Shown here: piece after piece, positions 18,176-27,069 of the stretch
Layout: every line of letters begins with the position of its first letter
Position numbering within the stretch: the first letter of the stretch is position 1
NCBI GenBank assembly: GCA_963841735.1
Contig: CAWJDT010000001.1
Span: 1,708,514-1,772,513, forward strand
From: an uncultured Actinomycetes bacterium
GTDB lineage: Bacteria; Actinomycetota; Thermoleophilia; RBG-16-64-13
Direction of reading: 5' to 3'
DNA length: 64,000 nucleotides
Notes under the pieces: model-generated
The model's input: the letters and a program-made list of their open reading frames with translations, nothing else
What the model was told of the DNA's origin: nothing
The model's database searches: none
Position numbers and translations under genes: made by a program

Positions 18176-18982
18176 GTGATGTTCATCGATTCTCACACCC
18201 ACCTGGACCACTGCCGCGAAGGCGCGGCTGAGCTGCTGGCCCACGCCCGCGCGGCCGGGGTGGGCCTTATCATCCAGTCCGGCACCGACCTGGAGCGCTC
18301 GCGCCGCTCGGTGGAGCTGGCGGAACAGTTTCCCGAGGTGTATGCCACCGTGGGATATCACCCGAGCGAAGCAGGTGTGATGGATGCCCGCGGTTGGGCG
18401 GCGATCGAGCGATGGACCGCGAATCCCCGAGTGGTGGCAGTGGGAGAGACGGGGTTCGACTACTACCACGACAACTGGCCTCACGAGGTGCAGAGCGAGG
18501 TGTTTGTGTGCCATATCGAATTGGCCCGGCGCGCCGGGCTGCCGGTGGTGGTGCACACGCGCGAAGCGGCGGAGGACACGCTCGCCACGTTGGCCGAGCG
18601 CGCGGCCGGGCTGACTGTAGTGTTGCACTGTTTCTCTCTGCCGGGGCTGCTCGACGAGGTGGTCGAGCGGGGCTACTACCTGAGCTTCGCGGGCAACGTG
18701 ACCTACAAGAACGCGGTTGACCTGCAGGTGGCCGCCCAGGCGGTGCCGGCGCATCTGCTGCTGTTGGAGACCGATGCGCCTTGGCTGACGCCCATGCCCC
18801 TGCGCGGCCGTCCCAACCGCCCGGGGCTGGTGGCCGGCGTGTATGAGTTTGTGGCGGGATTGCGTGGGGTGGGCGTGGACGAGTTGGCCACGCAGATCGA
18901 GGAGAACGCGAGGACCGCTTTTCCCCGGCTGAGGTCGGAGCCGGTGTCTGGGCCGAACGCCGGGCCGAGGAGCGCGTCGTGA
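18176..18982 (+). CDS. tatD: TatD family hydrolase
   Basis: IDSHTHL, GYHP, VGETGFDY, HTRE, HCFS, ETDAP.L.P.P.RG. Confidence 0.92.
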   Translation: MMFIDSHTHLDHCREGAAELLAHARAAGVGLIIQSGTDLERSRRSVELAEQFPEVYATVGYHPSEAGVMDARGWAAIERWTANPRVVAVGETGFDYYHDNWPHEVQSEVFVCHIELARRAGLPVVVHTREAAEDTLATLAERAAGLTVVLHCFSLPGLLDEVVERGYYLSFAGNVTYKNAVDLQVAAQAVPAHLLLLETDAPWLTPMPLRGRPNRPGLVAGVYEFVAGLRGVGVDELATQIEENARTAFPRLRSEPVSGPNAGPRSAS

Positions 18983-19851
18983 GCCCAAGGGGACCGGGGG
19001 ACGGCCCCGCATCCGGCGAGTCGGCGCTGCGGCAGGTGTCGCTGGCCCGCATCAAGGAGTTCGGCATAACGCCCAAGCGGGATCTGGGGCAGAATTTTCT
19101 AATCGACGACAACATCCTGGGGGTGATCCTCGGTTATCTGCAATGCACCCCCCAAGACGTGGCGCTGGAGATCGGTGCCGGCCTGGGGGTGTTGACCGCG
19201 GCGCTGGCGGGGGTGGCTCGGCATGTTCACGCGTTCGAGGTGGATAGGAGTTTGGAGGCGCCACTGCAGGCCACCCTCCAGGGTGATCCCAAGGTGACGC
19301 TGCATTTTCAGGACGTGCTGAGGGCTCCGCTCGAGGCGCTTGATCCGCTCCCTACGGTGTGCGCCAGCAATCTGCCCTACTCGGTGGCCGGTCCGTCGGT
19401 GGTCGAAGCGCTGCAACGACTGCCGAGCGTGCGCCGCTACTGTGTGATGGTGCAGCGCGAAGTGGCCGAGAGGATGGCCTCCGCTCCCGGCACCAAGGTC
19501 TACGGAGTGCTCTCCGTGTGGGTGCAGCTATACGCCACCATCGAGCGGGTGCGCCCGCTGGCACGGTCGATCTTCTATCCTCAGCCGCACGTCGATTCGA
19601 GCCTGCTGGTGCTTGAGCGTCTGCCGGCCGAGCGTCTGCCGGCGTGCGAGCCGGAGCGGCTGCGAGTTGTTATCCAGGCGGCCTTCGGCCAGCGGCGCAA
19701 GACGTTGGCGAACGCGCTAAGCGCCGGGCTGGGACTGCCTCGCGAACGGGTGCTGGAGGTGATCGGCGAACTCGGCCTGCCTGCCGACGTGCGGGCGGAG
19801 CGGCTTCAGCCGGGGCAGTTTGTGGAGTTGGCCGAGCGGATCCTCGACTGA
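18979..19851 (+). CDS. rsmA: 16S rRNA adenine dimethyltransferase (KsgA)
   Basis: LGQNFL.D, EIGAG.G.LT, NLPY, MVQREVA.R, P.P.VDS, QRRKTL.N. Confidence 0.95.
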   Translation: MSPRGPGDGPASGESALRQVSLARIKEFGITPKRDLGQNFLIDDNILGVILGYLQCTPQDVALEIGAGLGVLTAALAGVARHVHAFEVDRSLEAPLQATLQGDPKVTLHFQDVLRAPLEALDPLPTVCASNLPYSVAGPSVVEALQRLPSVRRYCVMVQREVAERMASAPGTKVYGVLSVWVQLYATIERVRPLARSIFYPQPHVDSSLLVLERLPAERLPACEPERLRVVIQAAFGQRRKTLANALSAGLGLPRERVLEVIGELGLPADVRAERLQPGQFVELAERILD

Positions 19852-19888
19852 GACGCAGAGAGTGCAGAGCACTACCATCGGAGAAGAC

Positions 19889-20656
19889 ATGCCCGAGGCG
19901 CTAAAGGACAAGATAGCGATAATCACCGGGGCCGGCCGGGGTTTGGGTAAGGCCTTTGCTTTCAAGTACGCGGCGGAGGGCGCCAAGCTGCTCCTGCCCG
20001 ACCTCAGCCTGGAGAGAGCTGAGAAGACCGCCGAGGACATTCGAGCCAAGGGTGGGCAGGCCGTGGCCATGGAGACCGACATCTCAGACGAAAGCGCTAC
20101 CCAGGCCGTCGCCGAGAAGGCCCTGGAACTCTATGGCGGCGCGGACATCCTGCTTAACAACGCCGGCCACATCTACGGCGTGGAACCCCGACCCTGGGAT
20201 GCCTGGACCGTGGAGCTCTGGGACAAGTTTTTTGCAGTCAATGTCAGGGGGACCTGGCTGATGTGCAAAGCCGTGGCTCCTTTGATGGCGGAGCGGGGGC
20301 GCGGCAAGATCATCAACATCGCCTCGGATGTTCCCAGACTGCCGCCTTCGGCCGTGCTGCTTCCCTATGCCTGCAGCAAGGTCGCCGTCCACGAGATCAC
20401 GCATGCGCTGGCCCGGGCACTGGGCCCTTCTGGCATCTGCGTCAACGCCATCGCACCGGGGTTTACGGCAACCGAGTCCACCTCGACTGTGTCGCACAGT
20501 GAGCAGATGTTCGCCGCGACAATCGCCGCGCAGTGCATCAAGCGGCGGGAAGAGCCCGAGGACCTCGTCGGGGCTGCCGTGTTCTTGGCTTCGGACGGTT
20601 CGGACATGGTCACGGGGCAGTTGCTCATGGTCAATGGTGGTGCCGCCTTCGTGTAG
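19889..20656 (+). CDS. Short-chain dehydrogenase/reductase
   Basis: TGAGRGLG, NNAG, YACSK, VNAIAPG, TGQ.L.V.GG. Confidence 0.9.
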   Translation: MPEALKDKIAIITGAGRGLGKAFAFKYAAEGAKLLLPDLSLERAEKTAEDIRAKGGQAVAMETDISDESATQAVAEKALELYGGADILLNNAGHIYGVEPRPWDAWTVELWDKFFAVNVRGTWLMCKAVAPLMAERGRGKIINIASDVPRLPPSAVLLPYACSKVAVHEITHALARALGPSGICVNAIAPGFTATESTSTVSHSEQMFAATIAAQCIKRREEPEDLVGAAVFLASDGSDMVTGQLLMVNGGAAFV

Positions 20657-20685
20657 GCGGCCCGGGCGGGCGAACGGCTGCAGCG

Positions 20686-21810
20686 CTAGCGACTGGTTCC
20701 CGTGACTTGTGGAGGCAACGGTGCGCCGGTGCCGCCCTTTGAGCTCCCCAGCGTGGTCAGGTCGACCGCCGCTATCTCCTTGACAAGTGGTTCCAGGCGC
20801 TTCAGCGCCGCCCACACCAGTGCTGTCGCCAGTGGCGAAGGCCGCTTCTTCTGACCAAACGAATAGATCTCAAAGCCCTTGAAGGTGGAAAGCGGCGTCA
20901 CGGTGGCGTCGGGGGAGACGTTGTAGGCCAGCAGGCACGCGGCGATCTCCGCCACAGCGGCGCGATCGTCGGGGTGCGAACCGGGGCCGGACCACGTTTC
21001 TGGCAGACGGCCCAGCGTGTCGACGACCTCGTACGCCCCGTACCACGTAGGCGGCCACTTGACTTGTTTGAACTGCCGGCCATGGCCGAACATGTAGGGC
21101 TTGTGTGTCGCCCGCCCCCGCCATACGGCAAGCACTGTGCGCGCGGCTTGCATGAGCTCGGCCGGTCGCTCGGCGAGAGGGAGGCGGCTGAAGGCACGTA
21201 GGGCCTCCAGGGTGGTCTGCGGGCAGCAGTCGCCGACGCGCCCGGGTCCGCGCCAGCTACCCCCGGTCGGCGGCCGGCAGGGCCACGCGAGTCCCTGCGC
21301 GGTCTCGCGCAGATCGGTGACGGCGGTCTTCAAGGCCCGTTGCACCCGGGGATCGTCGCCGCGGCCGAACGCCAGCAACATGTCCAGGATGCCGTGCGTG
21401 TCGCAGAGCAGGGCACCCCACTGGGGAGAATCACCCCCGCGCTGGGCCGCGAACATCTGGAAGCGGCCCTCCTCGTCGGTGTGGGCTAGCAACTGGTCGA
21501 GTAGCCGGTGGATGCGAGCATCATCGCCGGCTCTGACCCCCATCTCGCCGAGCAGGTCCAACAGGTTGGTGGCCACAAGCGGTTTGTCGTGTCCACCCAC
21601 GCGGTTGTCAATCTCCCAGTCGGGCAGCTGCGCGAGCAGCGCCTGCGTGTCTGGATGGTGGACGGCTGCCTGCTGGGCCGCGATGGCCTCGGAGGCAGCA
21701 GTGTGAAGGCTGGAAAGGCGGGTGAGGGCGATCCAGCGGGCCGCGGGCTCCTCGGAGTAGAGCAGCCACGGCATGGGGTCGGGACGATCTAGCGTCGAGA
21801 AGAACGACAT
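20686..21810 (-). CDS. Conserved hypothetical protein (possible prenyltransferase-like alpha/alpha fold)
   Basis: Long ORF with protein-like composition (PWLL..EP..R, W.C, CP..T..AL..F). The fold is inferred. Confidence 0.6.
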   Translation of the reverse strand: MSFFSTLDRPDPMPWLLYSEEPAARWIALTRLSSLHTAASEAIAAQQAAVHHPDTQALLAQLPDWEIDNRVGGHDKPLVATNLLDLLGEMGVRAGDDARIHRLLDQLLAHTDEEGRFQMFAAQRGGDSPQWGALLCDTHGILDMLLAFGRGDDPRVQRALKTAVTDLRETAQGLAWPCRPPTGGSWRGPGRVGDCCPQTTLEALRAFSRLPLAERPAELMQAARTVLAVWRGRATHKPYMFGHGRQFKQVKWPPTWYGAYEVVDTLGRLPETWSGPGSHPDDRAAVAEIAACLLAYNVSPDATVTPLSTFKGFEIYSFGQKKRPSPLATALVWAALKRLEPLVKEIAAVDLTTLGSSKGGTGAPLPPQVTGTSR

Positions 21811-21945
21811 CGCAACACCTCATCGGCAAGTATACCGGCGGCTCGCCGAATGACGCCCCCTCCGGTTTGCCCTTGTCTCGCGTGGGGCATCATCTTGTGA
21901 ATCGCGAAGCTGGGATCAAGCGGATGCGCCCGCCGAGGAGCTGAC

Positions 21946-22776
21946 GTGACCAAACACAGGATGCCCGTCCTCTTCGTGGGCCACGGCTCCCCGATGAATG
22001 CGATTGAAGACAACGCCTTCAGCCGGAGTTGGACCGCCCTGGGCCGCTCCCTTCCCCTCCCGAAGGCGATCCTCGCCATATCGGCCCATTGGTTCACAGG
22101 AGGGACTCTGCTGACCGCGGAGGCGCAACCGCGGACCCTCCACGATTTCGGAGGTTTCCCCCCGGAGGTCCACGAGCTGGAGTATCCCGTGCCCGGCGAC
22201 ACCCACCTTGCCGAGCGGGTGGCGGAACTCTTGGGGCTCGGATCCTCGGCTCTGGTTGCCGATCGGGGCTTGGATCACGGCACCTGGAGCGTGCTCAGGA
22301 GGGCCTACCCAGGGGCAGACGTGCCGGTGGTGCAACTGAGTATCGATATGAGCTTGGACGTCAGGGAGCACCTCGAACTTGCCGGCCCACTCGTTCGGTT
22401 GCGTGATGAGGGAGTGCTGGTGTTCGGCAGCGGCAACATCACGCACAACCTTCGCGACGCGTTCCGGCGCATGTACTCCGGCGAGCGGTCGGTGCCCGAA
22501 TGGTCGGTTCGTTTCGACGAGGCCGTAAAGCGGTGTCTCGTGGAGCGCGATACGCTCGGGCTTGTGGGCCTGTGGCCGGGCACCGCCGACGCGCGCCGCT
22601 GCCATCCCACTCCGGACCATTGGTTGCCGCTCATCTACGTGTACGCGGCGATGAGCCGCGAGGATGCCGTCGACTTCCCGGTGGAGGGGTTCGACTTAGG
22701 GCTATCCATGCGGAGCGTGCTTTTCAGCCCGGATCTGCTCACGGCCGGCCCCGAAGGCGCCGATAGGAGAGGGTGA
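21946..22776 (+). CDS. ygiD: 4,5-DOPA extradiol dioxygenase (LigB family)
   Basis: LFVGHGSPMN, ISAHW, HDFGGFP, DHGTWS, GSGNITHNL, HPTPDH.LPL. Confidence 0.9.
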   Translation: MTKHRMPVLFVGHGSPMNAIEDNAFSRSWTALGRSLPLPKAILAISAHWFTGGTLLTAEAQPRTLHDFGGFPPEVHELEYPVPGDTHLAERVAELLGLGSSALVADRGLDHGTWSVLRRAYPGADVPVVQLSIDMSLDVREHLELAGPLVRLRDEGVLVFGSGNITHNLRDAFRRMYSGERSVPEWSVRFDEAVKRCLVERDTLGLVGLWPGTADARRCHPTPDHWLPLIYVYAAMSREDAVDFPVEGFDLGLSMRSVLFSPDLLTAGPEGADRRG

Positions 22777-22845
22777 TATCCTCAGTGGATGGTGCCCTGC
22801 CGCGACGGGTGCCGTAGCACTCCGGCCAGAGAGGAACACAAGACT

Positions 22846-23745
22846 ATGCAAGTCACCAAGAAGGCACCGGCGAAGGTCAATCTTTCGCTGCTGGTCGGAC
22901 CCAGGGACGCCGGCGGCATGCACGAGTTGTTCACAGTCTTCGCCCCGGTTGATCTGTACGACCAGCTCGAGATCAACTTGGAGGCTTGTCCGGCCGGGTG
23001 GCTCGAGGGCGACCTGCGGGTCAAATGCCGGGTTGACGAAGGCGAGTCCAACCTGGCTACCAAGGCCCTGCGTGCCTTGGAGCGGCACACCGGCTGGGTG
23101 TTCACGGGACGGGTGGAGATCGACAAGCGCATCCCCGTGGGCGCCGGCTTGGGGGGCGGTAGCTCCGACGCGGCGTCTGCTCTCCTTGCCGGTGTGCAGG
23201 CTCTATCCGAGGCGGGGGGACCGGTGCCCGAGCGGGCTCAATTGGTGGCCCTGGCTCGAGAGATCGGGGCCGATGTGGCCTTCTTCCTGGAGCCTCGACC
23301 CTCCATCGGGCGGGGAATCGGAGAGATCCTCGAGCCCATCGAACTGCCGGAGCTTTCTTTGGTCCTGGTAGCCTCCGAGCGGCATCTGTCCACGGAGCGG
23401 GTCTACAAGGCGTTTGACGATATGCAGCCGTTCGGGAACCGCGCGGTGTTCGATTTTCGGGCGGACGAGGCCGAGAAGCGCTGGCATCAGGCGAGGGACA
23501 CAGGACAAGTGGCCCGTCTGATGGAGAACGACTTGGAGAAGACCGTCTACGGCCTCATCCCCACTCTGCTGACCGATAGAGAGGTGCTGGTGAGAGAGGG
23601 GGCGACGGCTGCGTTGGTGAGCGGATCCGGACCCACCTTGTACGGGCTGTGCGCCTCTGCCGAGAAGGCCGAGGAAGTGGCCCGCCGCATGGTGCGGCGA
23701 GGCTTCAAGACCCACCTGGCCACAACGTCGCGCGGATTCTCCTGA
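22846..23745 (+). CDS. ispE: 4-(cytidine 5'-diphospho)-2-C-methyl-D-erythritol kinase
   Basis: APAKVNL, K.IP.GAGLGGGSSDAA, GADV.F, NDLE, SGSGPT. Confidence 0.95.
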   Translation: MQVTKKAPAKVNLSLLVGPRDAGGMHELFTVFAPVDLYDQLEINLEACPAGWLEGDLRVKCRVDEGESNLATKALRALERHTGWVFTGRVEIDKRIPVGAGLGGGSSDAASALLAGVQALSEAGGPVPERAQLVALAREIGADVAFFLEPRPSIGRGIGEILEPIELPELSLVLVASERHLSTERVYKAFDDMQPFGNRAVFDFRADEAEKRWHQARDTGQVARLMENDLEKTVYGLIPTLLTDREVLVREGATAALVSGSGPTLYGLCASAEKAEEVARRMVRRGFKTHLATTSRGFS

Positions 23746-23827
23746 ACTCACCCCAGAACGAAGGCACGACCGCGTAGTGCGCACGCAAACCCGCGTCGCC
23801 ACCACTTTGAGGCCGGGTTGAGCCGTC

Positions 23828-23856
23828 TTGACCCCCTCCGGTGGCTGACCTATACT
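23828..23856 (+). promoter_or_regulatory. Sigma-A-type promoter for tRNA-Gln/glmU-prs
   Basis: TTGACC-17bp-TATACT. Confidence 0.7.
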
Positions 23857-23894
23857 TCCAACGCTCTTGGGCGTGACCCCGGGGCCGGAAGCAG

Positions 23895-23966
23895 TGGGGC
23901 GTGGCCAAGTGGTAAGGCAACGGGTTTTGGTCCCGTCATTCGTAGGTTCGAATCCTGCCGCCCCAG
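23895..23966 (+). tRNA. tRNA-Gln (TTG)
   Basis: Acceptor TGGGGCG/CGCCCCA, anticodon arm ACGGG-TT TTG GT-CCCGT, T-loop GGTTCGAATCC. CCA not encoded. Confidence 0.95.
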
Positions 23967-24008
23967 CTTTTCCTCTCTTTCAGCGATCCCATCGAGGTGC
24001 AGACGGGT

Positions 24009-24776
24009 ATGAGCGTTCAAATCTCCAGCGTCGTGGTGTTGGCAGCGGGCCAGGGCAAGCGAATGAACTCGCCGCTACCCAAGGTGTTGCATCAGGTCTG
24101 TGGCAGGCCCATGGTGCTCCACGTCATAGATGCCGCTCGGGCCGTAGGCGCTGAGCGCATAGTGGTAGTGCTTGGACACGGTCACGAGCAGGTGCGTCCG
24201 TACCTACCCCCCGATTGCGTGGTGGCGCTGCAGGAGCAGCAATTGGGCACCGGCCACGCCGTGTTGGCGGCCGCCGCCCGGATCCTACCGGGTCCCATGC
24301 TTGTGCTGCCCGGCGACACCCCGCTGGTCACCGGCGAGGCCTTGGCGGCCCTGGTGAACGATCATAACCTCACCAAAGCCGCGGCCACCGTGCTTACCAT
24401 GGAACTGGAAGACCCCACAGGTTACGGCCGCATCGTGCGCGACACCGACGGCTCGCTACTGCGCATCGTAGAGCATCGTGACGCCACCTCCGAGGAGCGC
24501 GCCATACGCGAGGTGAACAGCTCCATGTACGTACTTCCGGCGCCCCAAACCATGGACATACTGCGGGAAAGCAGTCCCGACAATGATCAGCAGGAGATAT
24601 ACCTCACCGACGTCATCGTAGGCCTGCGTCTGCGGGGACGGAGGGTGGCGGCTTCGAAAGTAGACGATGCTACTCTGGTGCTCGGAGTGAACTCCCTGGA
24701 CCAACTGGCTCAGGCGGAACGGCTGATGTGCCGCCGCGAAGGCCGGGAATTGCCGACGGACGGCCTTCAACAGTGA
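24009..24776 (+). CDS. glmU: GlmU N-terminal uridyltransferase domain only (no hexapeptide acetyltransferase domain)
   Basis: LAAGQGKRM.S.LPKVLH, QLGTGHAV, GDTP, GYGRI, EIYLTD, GVN. Stops after the linker helix, in the canonical position before prs. Confidence 0.85.
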   Translation: MSVQISSVVVLAAGQGKRMNSPLPKVLHQVCGRPMVLHVIDAARAVGAERIVVVLGHGHEQVRPYLPPDCVVALQEQQLGTGHAVLAAAARILPGPMLVLPGDTPLVTGEALAALVNDHNLTKAAATVLTMELEDPTGYGRIVRDTDGSLLRIVEHRDATSEERAIREVNSSMYVLPAPQTMDILRESSPDNDQQEIYLTDVIVGLRLRGRRVAASKVDDATLVLGVNSLDQLAQAERLMCRREGRELPTDGLQQ

Positions 24777-24817
24777 TACCGTACGGGGTGAAGAGCACCG
24801 ACAAGGAGGACCGGGGC

Positions 24818-25819
24818 ATGACAGAGCGGGAACCGCGGCGGTGTGCGCGGCTGACCCCCCAACGTTCGCTGATGGTGTTTTCGGGACGGGGGAACCCGGA
24901 ACTGAGCGCCAAAGTGGCCGATAAGCTTGGCATCGAGCTGGGCCGGGTGGAAATCAAGACCTTCGCCGATGGTGAGATATACGTCAAGTACGGCGAGAGC
25001 GTTCGCGGCGCCGACGTGTTCATCATCCAGCCTACCTGCCGGCCGGTGAACGAGAACCTCATAGAGCTTCTGATCATGATCCAGGCGGCTCGGCTTGCTT
25101 CTGCACACCGTGTCACTGCGGTTGTTCCCTGGATGGGCTACTCCCGGCAAGACAAGAAGAGTTGCCCGCGTGAGCCCATCACCGCGCGGCTGGTAGCCGA
25201 CCTCATCCAGGCGGCGGGCGTCGACCGGGTGGTCACCATGGATCTGCACGCCGGCCAGTTGCAGGGATTCTTCAGTGTGCCGGTGGACCACATGACCGCC
25301 CTCTCCATGATTGCCGACTACTTCAAGATGAAGGGGTTGGCAGTGGAAGACATGGTCATCGTCTCGCCCGACGCCGGTGGCATGAAGACCGCGAAGCGCA
25401 TGGCCGACCGTCTGGGCTGCTCGGTGGCGGTGCTCTCCAAGCTGCGGCCCGAGCATAACGTCTCGAGGGTGATGCACGTCATCGGCGACGTGGAGGGCAA
25501 GACGGCTATCATGGTGGACGACATAATCGATACCGCCGGCAGTATCGTGAGCGGCGTCGAGGCGCTTGTGAACAATGGTGCCAAGGCTGTGTACGCCGCA
25601 TGCACTCACCCGGTTCTGTCGGGTCCCGCCTACGAGCGTTTGGCCGCCTCACCACTGAAAGAAGTCGTGGTCACCGACACGATCCCCCTGCATGAAGGCC
25701 AGGAGCATGGCAAGATTGTGGTACTATCCACGGCCGATATCCTGGCAGATACTATCCGTAGCGTGTTCGCCGACGAGTCGGTGAGCGAGCTCTTTCAAGG
25801 TGAAAATCAGCTGTTCTGA
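24818..25819 (+). CDS. prs: Ribose-phosphate pyrophosphokinase
   Basis: FADGE, YSRQDKK, MDLHAGQ, SPDAGG, VDDIIDTAGS. Confidence 0.97.
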   Translation: MTEREPRRCARLTPQRSLMVFSGRGNPELSAKVADKLGIELGRVEIKTFADGEIYVKYGESVRGADVFIIQPTCRPVNENLIELLIMIQAARLASAHRVTAVVPWMGYSRQDKKSCPREPITARLVADLIQAAGVDRVVTMDLHAGQLQGFFSVPVDHMTALSMIADYFKMKGLAVEDMVIVSPDAGGMKTAKRMADRLGCSVAVLSKLRPEHNVSRVMHVIGDVEGKTAIMVDDIIDTAGSIVSGVEALVNNGAKAVYAACTHPVLSGPAYERLAASPLKEVVVTDTIPLHEGQEHGKIVVLSTADILADTIRSVFADESVSELFQGENQLF

Positions 25820-25836
25820 GGGTCGAGGAGATACAC

Positions 25837-26490
25837 ATGGATACCATCAAGCTGTCGGTGAGCGAGCGCGAAGAGACCGGTAACGGTCCGGCCCGGCGGC
25901 TGCGTGCCTTAGGGCGCATTCCGGCCGTGACCTACGGCAAGGACAAGGGAGCCACCGCTATCTCGGTGGACCTAGAAGAGCTGAAGGTGGCCGCTCGTCA
26001 CGGTCACAACGCGGTTCTGGAGCTGGACTTTGGCAAAGCGGTCAAGGGGACCAAGGCGAAGAAGGCCACCCACTACGCGGTGGTCAAGGAGCTCCAGTTC
26101 GAGCCCATCACTCGGCATCTGTTGCACGTTGACTTTCATGAGGTCGACTTGGCTGTTGAGATCGAGTCGCCAGTTAGCATCGAGCCGGTTGGTGTGCCAG
26201 CGGGTCTGACCGACGGCGGCGTCTTGGATTGGGAACGGCGTGAAGTAACGGTGCGCGCGCTTCCGCAGGATATGCCTGAAGCCCTTGAGCTGGATGTGAG
26301 CGGGCTCCAAATTGGACACCATCTCTCGGTGGCCGATGTGTCGGCGCCCGCGGGCGTCAACATCGTGGACGATCCCGAGACAGTCCTTGTCGCTCTTGTC
26401 CCGCCGCGGGTCGAGCAGGTGACGGAGACTGAGGCCGACGAAGCCGCGCCCGAGCCAGAAGTGGTGGGCGGCCAGTCTAGCGAGGAGTAG
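25837..26490 (+). CDS. rplY: 50S ribosomal protein L25/Ctc
   Basis: R...G...ARRLR..G.IPAV.YG, HVDF, acidic tail. Confidence 0.93.
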   Translation: MDTIKLSVSEREETGNGPARRLRALGRIPAVTYGKDKGATAISVDLEELKVAARHGHNAVLELDFGKAVKGTKAKKATHYAVVKELQFEPITRHLLHVDFHEVDLAVEIESPVSIEPVGVPAGLTDGGVLDWERREVTVRALPQDMPEALELDVSGLQIGHHLSVADVSAPAGVNIVDDPETVLVALVPPRVEQVTETEADEAAPEPEVVGGQSSEE

Positions 26491-26502
26491 TCACCGGGCG
26501 GA

Positions 26503-27069
26503 GTGGCAACTGACGCGATCCATCTGGTCGTCGCTCTGGGCAATCCCGGCTCGGGGTACCAGTTCCATCGCCACAACGCTGGTTTCATGGTGGGGGAGGA
26601 GCTGAGGCAGCGCCACGGGCTGCCTCAGTTGCGTTCGCGTTTCCAGGCGCTGGCCGCTGAGGGCGATATGGCGGGCACAAGCGTGTTGCTTCTGCTGCCT
26701 CAGACCTTCATGAATCTGTCAGGCAAAGCCGTGGCTGAGGCCGCGCGCAAGTACCGGATCCCGGTGGAGCGGATGCTGGTGTTGCACGATGAGGTGGAGA
26801 TTCCTTTTGGGGAGGTACGGCTCAAAGAGGGACAGGGCCTGGGGGGCCACAACGGCCTGCGCAGCCTGGAGCAATCGCTCGGATCGCGAGACTTCTGGCG
26901 GGTGCGGGTGGGCGTAGGCCGTCCGGAGCAAGCGGGCCGGCCTCTTATCGACCACGTTCTTGCCTCTTTCAGTGAATCCCGCGAGGATGTGCTTTTGCTG
27001 GTCCGGCGCGCCGCCGATGTGGCAGACGAGTGGCTGGCCGCGCGGAGTGGCAGTCCATGCCCCGTCTGA
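26503..27069 (+). CDS. pth: Peptidyl-tRNA hydrolase
   Basis: LGNPG..Y..RHNAGF, PQTFMNLSG, HDE, GGHNGL.S, R.RVGVGRP. Confidence 0.95.
   Translation: MATDAIHLVVALGNPGSGYQFHRHNAGFMVGEELRQRHGLPQLRSRFQALAAEGDMAGTSVLLLLPQTFMNLSGKAVAEAARKYRIPVERMLVLHDEVEIPFGEVRLKEGQGLGGHNGLRSLEQSLGSRDFWRVRVGVGRPEQAGRPLIDHVLASFSESREDVLLLVRRAADVADEWLAARSGSPCPV

Noticed and set aside
16997-19012. 671-aa minus-strand ORF (likewise 10466-11782, 40926-42191, 52415-53611, 59373-60704)
   Set aside because: Each overlaps a well-supported + strand gene, is Arg/Gly/His-rich with no motifs, and is a typical GC-rich shadow ORF.
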